NCBI GenBank assembly: GCA_965112735.1
Contig: OZ218960.1
Span: 1,798,001-1,862,000, forward strand
Length of the DNA stretch: 64,000 nt
Source: Phaeosaccion multiseriatum
Taxonomy: Eukaryota > Protista > Ochrophyta, other classes
Direction: 5' to 3'
Shown: one piece after another, positions 61,273-64,000 of the stretch
Numbering within the stretch: position 1 is the stretch's first letter
Layout of the letters: every line of letters begins with the position of its first letter
Notes under the pieces: generated by a model
Seen by the model: the letters and a program-made list of their open reading frames with translations, nothing else
Told to the model about the DNA's origin: nothing
The model's database searches: none
Program-made: the position numbers and the translations under genes

Positions 61273-63632
61273 GTGGCGGTGTGGAGCTTGTTCCGTACAG
61301 TTGGCAGCCGCGTGCCAAGGCAGGCGATGACGGTGGCAGGACCAGCAAGGGCAGGAGATTGGAAAGGCAGGAGAGGCGCGGGGAGAGGCGTCGCGGCACA
61401 GGCAGTCATGGCGATGGCCCTCCTCACGGGCCCCGGACGTTCCTCTTTCGCCTTTTGTACCCTCAGACTGCTGGGCGGGTGGGGTGAGGCAGGGCGGCGG
61501 AGGCCACTCCCCTTCCAGCGGCTGGGTGCCAGCCAACCATCCCCACGCTGCCCCCAGCTGGGGCATCAGCAGCAGCCGCAGCCGCAGCAGCAGCAGGAAC
61601 AGAGGCGCGGCATCGGCTGCCTCCTTGGGGCCTCGATGTTTTCCTCCGGTGGCAGCAGAAGCAGGGGTGTGATGGGCATGCATGGGGGAGGAGCAACAGG
61701 AGCAGCATCAGTGCTCGCCGTAGTGGCTCCAGGGCCAGGGGGGGGAGCTGTGGCCAGGACCAACAGCAGTAGCAGTAGCAGTAGTGTCAGCGTTTCGGCT
61801 CCACGCTGGGTGCTTTCGGGCCCTCCCTACCCAGCCACACCCCGCGCGGCCGTGAGCCTTGCATCGGAATGGCTCTCTTTGTATGACGTTTTTGATGCAA
61901 CGAGATCTGCAGAGGAGCTCTTGGCCAAGGCGGCAGGCTTTCCTTCCTCCCGGGACATGATGCTATCCTTAGGCGATGCGTACCACACTGCCGCACCAGC
62001 AGCAGCAGGAGGAGCAGGAGGAGAGGGAAGAGAAGGAGCAGGAGGAAAGGAAGAGGCCGCAGGAGCAGCAGGAATGAGCGAGGAGCAGTGGGCGGACTTT
62101 GCAGGGCTGTGCTCTCGGCGCGCCTTGCACGAGCCGGTGCAGTACATTGTGGGCGAGTGGGACTTCCACCTCATCACCCTCAAGGTCAGTGGGAGTGGGT
62201 GAGTTATTTTATAGGGCATTCTTATCGTTTGCGAATGCTATACAAGGGAACCAGTGGGTGGGTGGGTGGGTGGGTGAGCGAGTGACTGACTGACTGACTG
62301 AGTGAGTGAGTGAGTGACTCAGGGACTGAGTGTGTGAGTAAGTGGATGATTGACTGAGTGAGGAAGGGAGAGAGGGAATGAGTGATTGAGTTGAGTGAGT
62401 GAGTGAGTCAATGAGTGATTGAGTGAGTGACTGTTTGCTTGAGTGAGTGAGTGAGGGAGTGGTTGAATGATTGAGTGACTGGGTGAATGAGTGAATGAAT
62501 AAGTGAGTAAGTGAGGGAGTCAGAGGCAATGGGTTGGCATGGCATGGCAAACATTCGTCGGTCAGCGCCGAAGAGCAGGCTGGAAAACAATTTCAAGCGC
62601 AGTTCAACAGCAACCAGTGGAGTCATTAGTCAAGCGCTGCTTCCCTTCCTTCCCTCGGTGTCCTGCCTCTTTCTACTCTCCTTCAACTTGCTCATGCGTT
62701 GTTTCTGCTGTGCCTCTCCTCCACCTCCCTCCCCTCTCCCTCCATCCCCTCCCCTTCCTCCCTCCCTGCCCCCCCCCACCCTCCTCTGCCCCTTTCACCT
62801 CCTTCCCCTGCAGATGGAGGCACCGATTCTCATTCCTCGTCCGGAGACGGAGGAGCTCGTGGAGATGCTCCTGCCTCCCCTGCAGGACCTCATTCATGCC
62901 AGGCAGGCACGACAAGCCTCTTCCTCTAGCACCCCTACCACACCCACCACCACCACCACCACCACCAGTACTACTAACACTCCTACCGCTACTACTACTA
63001 CTACCGCTCATGGTAGTGGCGATGCAACACTGAGGCTCCTCGACGTGGGTAGCGGCACCGGGGCCATCGGCCTTGCTCTCCTCAGCGCACTGCCCCCCTC
63101 GGGGAGAAGTGACCCCAGGGGGACAGCGGTGGTGCGCGTGGAGGCCGAGGCGATCGACCCTCATCCGACGGCGATCCGATTGGCGTTACAGAATGCTCAG
63201 GACCTCGGGTTGGGAGACAGGTACACCTGCCTGCAGCAGACCATGAGAGAGTACGCTGCTGCTCGTGATGAGTGGGGCGTGGAGGACGGGGCCGAAGTGG
63301 AGGGGTCCTTTAATGACAGTGACCAGAGCAAGGCCCAACAGCAGCAGCAGCAGCAGCAGCAGCGGGGGGGCGAAAGTTTCCGCGTCGAGGAGGAGAAGGA
63401 GGAGAAGAGCAACCCTAAACTCTTCGACCTCATTGTGAGCAACCCCCCTTACATCCCCGAGGCAGACATGATCGGGCTGGATGCCGACGTTTCTCACTAT
63501 GAGGACCACGGAGCCCTCTGCGGCGGTCAGGATGGTCTCGACGTGGTGAGGGACATTCTCGCAGCGGCACCTCGGCTGCTGAGGGCGGACGGTCTCAGGC
63601 AGGTGTGGATGGAGGTGGATACGTCGCATCCA
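61273..63632 (+). CDS. HEMK1: HemK/PrmC-family release-factor glutamine N5-methyltransferase (3' end beyond window; start codon uncertain)
   Basis: RRALHEPVQYIVGEWDF..LK|MEAPILIPRPETEELVE, LLDVGSGTGAIGLALL, FDLIVSNPPYIP, YEDHGALCGGQDGLDVVR, VWMEVD. Confidence 0.9.
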
Positions 63633-64000
63633 GGTTGGTGATTGGTGTTTGAGTGAGTGAGTTACTACGTCGGTCATGAAGTTAATGAGTTAGGTAACTA
63701 AGTTAGATGGAGAGGTGAGGAGTTGAAGATGGGGCGGTTAGGGGGCTTGGAGGTTTGGGGTTTGAGGTGGGTGGGGGTGGGGCAGAGTGGGGTCAACGCG
63801 GAGGTGGAGGGGCAGCGAGAGAAGCATTTGTCTCCCCGGTATTTCGGGAAGACGAGGGGGGGGGAGAGGCAGCTTGAATTTTTTTGCTCATTTGGTCCGT
63901 CTGTCTGTGTGTCTGTCTGTATCTCTGTCTGTCTTCTTTCTTCCATACGTGAAAATGAAAGTGTCCTCCTCCCTCCTCTCCTCTCCTCTGTTTGTTCGCC

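Noticed and set aside
1-64000. tRNA, rRNA or telomeric arrays
   Set aside because: None recognised by eye; small ncRNAs cannot be excluded without a covariance-model search.

Overview
Gene-dense, GC-rich eukaryotic nuclear DNA with spliceosomal introns and very many microsatellites; most ORFs in the supplied track are repeat artefacts. Signal-peptide-plus-transit-peptide leaders suggest a photosynthetic stramenopile (ochrophyte); this is an inference. Manual splicing gives about 16 genes: a divergent calmodulin/light-chain-like protein, two low-complexity hypothetical proteins, a coiled-coil/TRAF-Zn-finger/SAM protein, a Cys-rich membrane protein, an alpha-kinase, a flavin oxidoreductase probably spliced to an ACAD10-like kinase+HAD protein, an ankyrin protein, a COG2521-type methyltransferase, signal peptidase I, ATG8, DRS1/DDX27, a MYND protein, a formiminotransferase, an HSF and HemK. 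There is also a frameshifted ubiquitin-like sequence and a CRE-like retrotransposon relic split by a MITE. Three observations stand out. (1) A dispersed 15-bp motif, CAGTTGGTGATACAG, occurs about 25 times (7 exact), often inside CAG tracts, and is translated in three different frames, so it looks like a DNA-level element. (2) A putative oxidoreductase-kinase-phosphatase fusion rearranges the ACAD10 architecture. (3) Gene strands alternate almost perfectly as head-to-head pairs.
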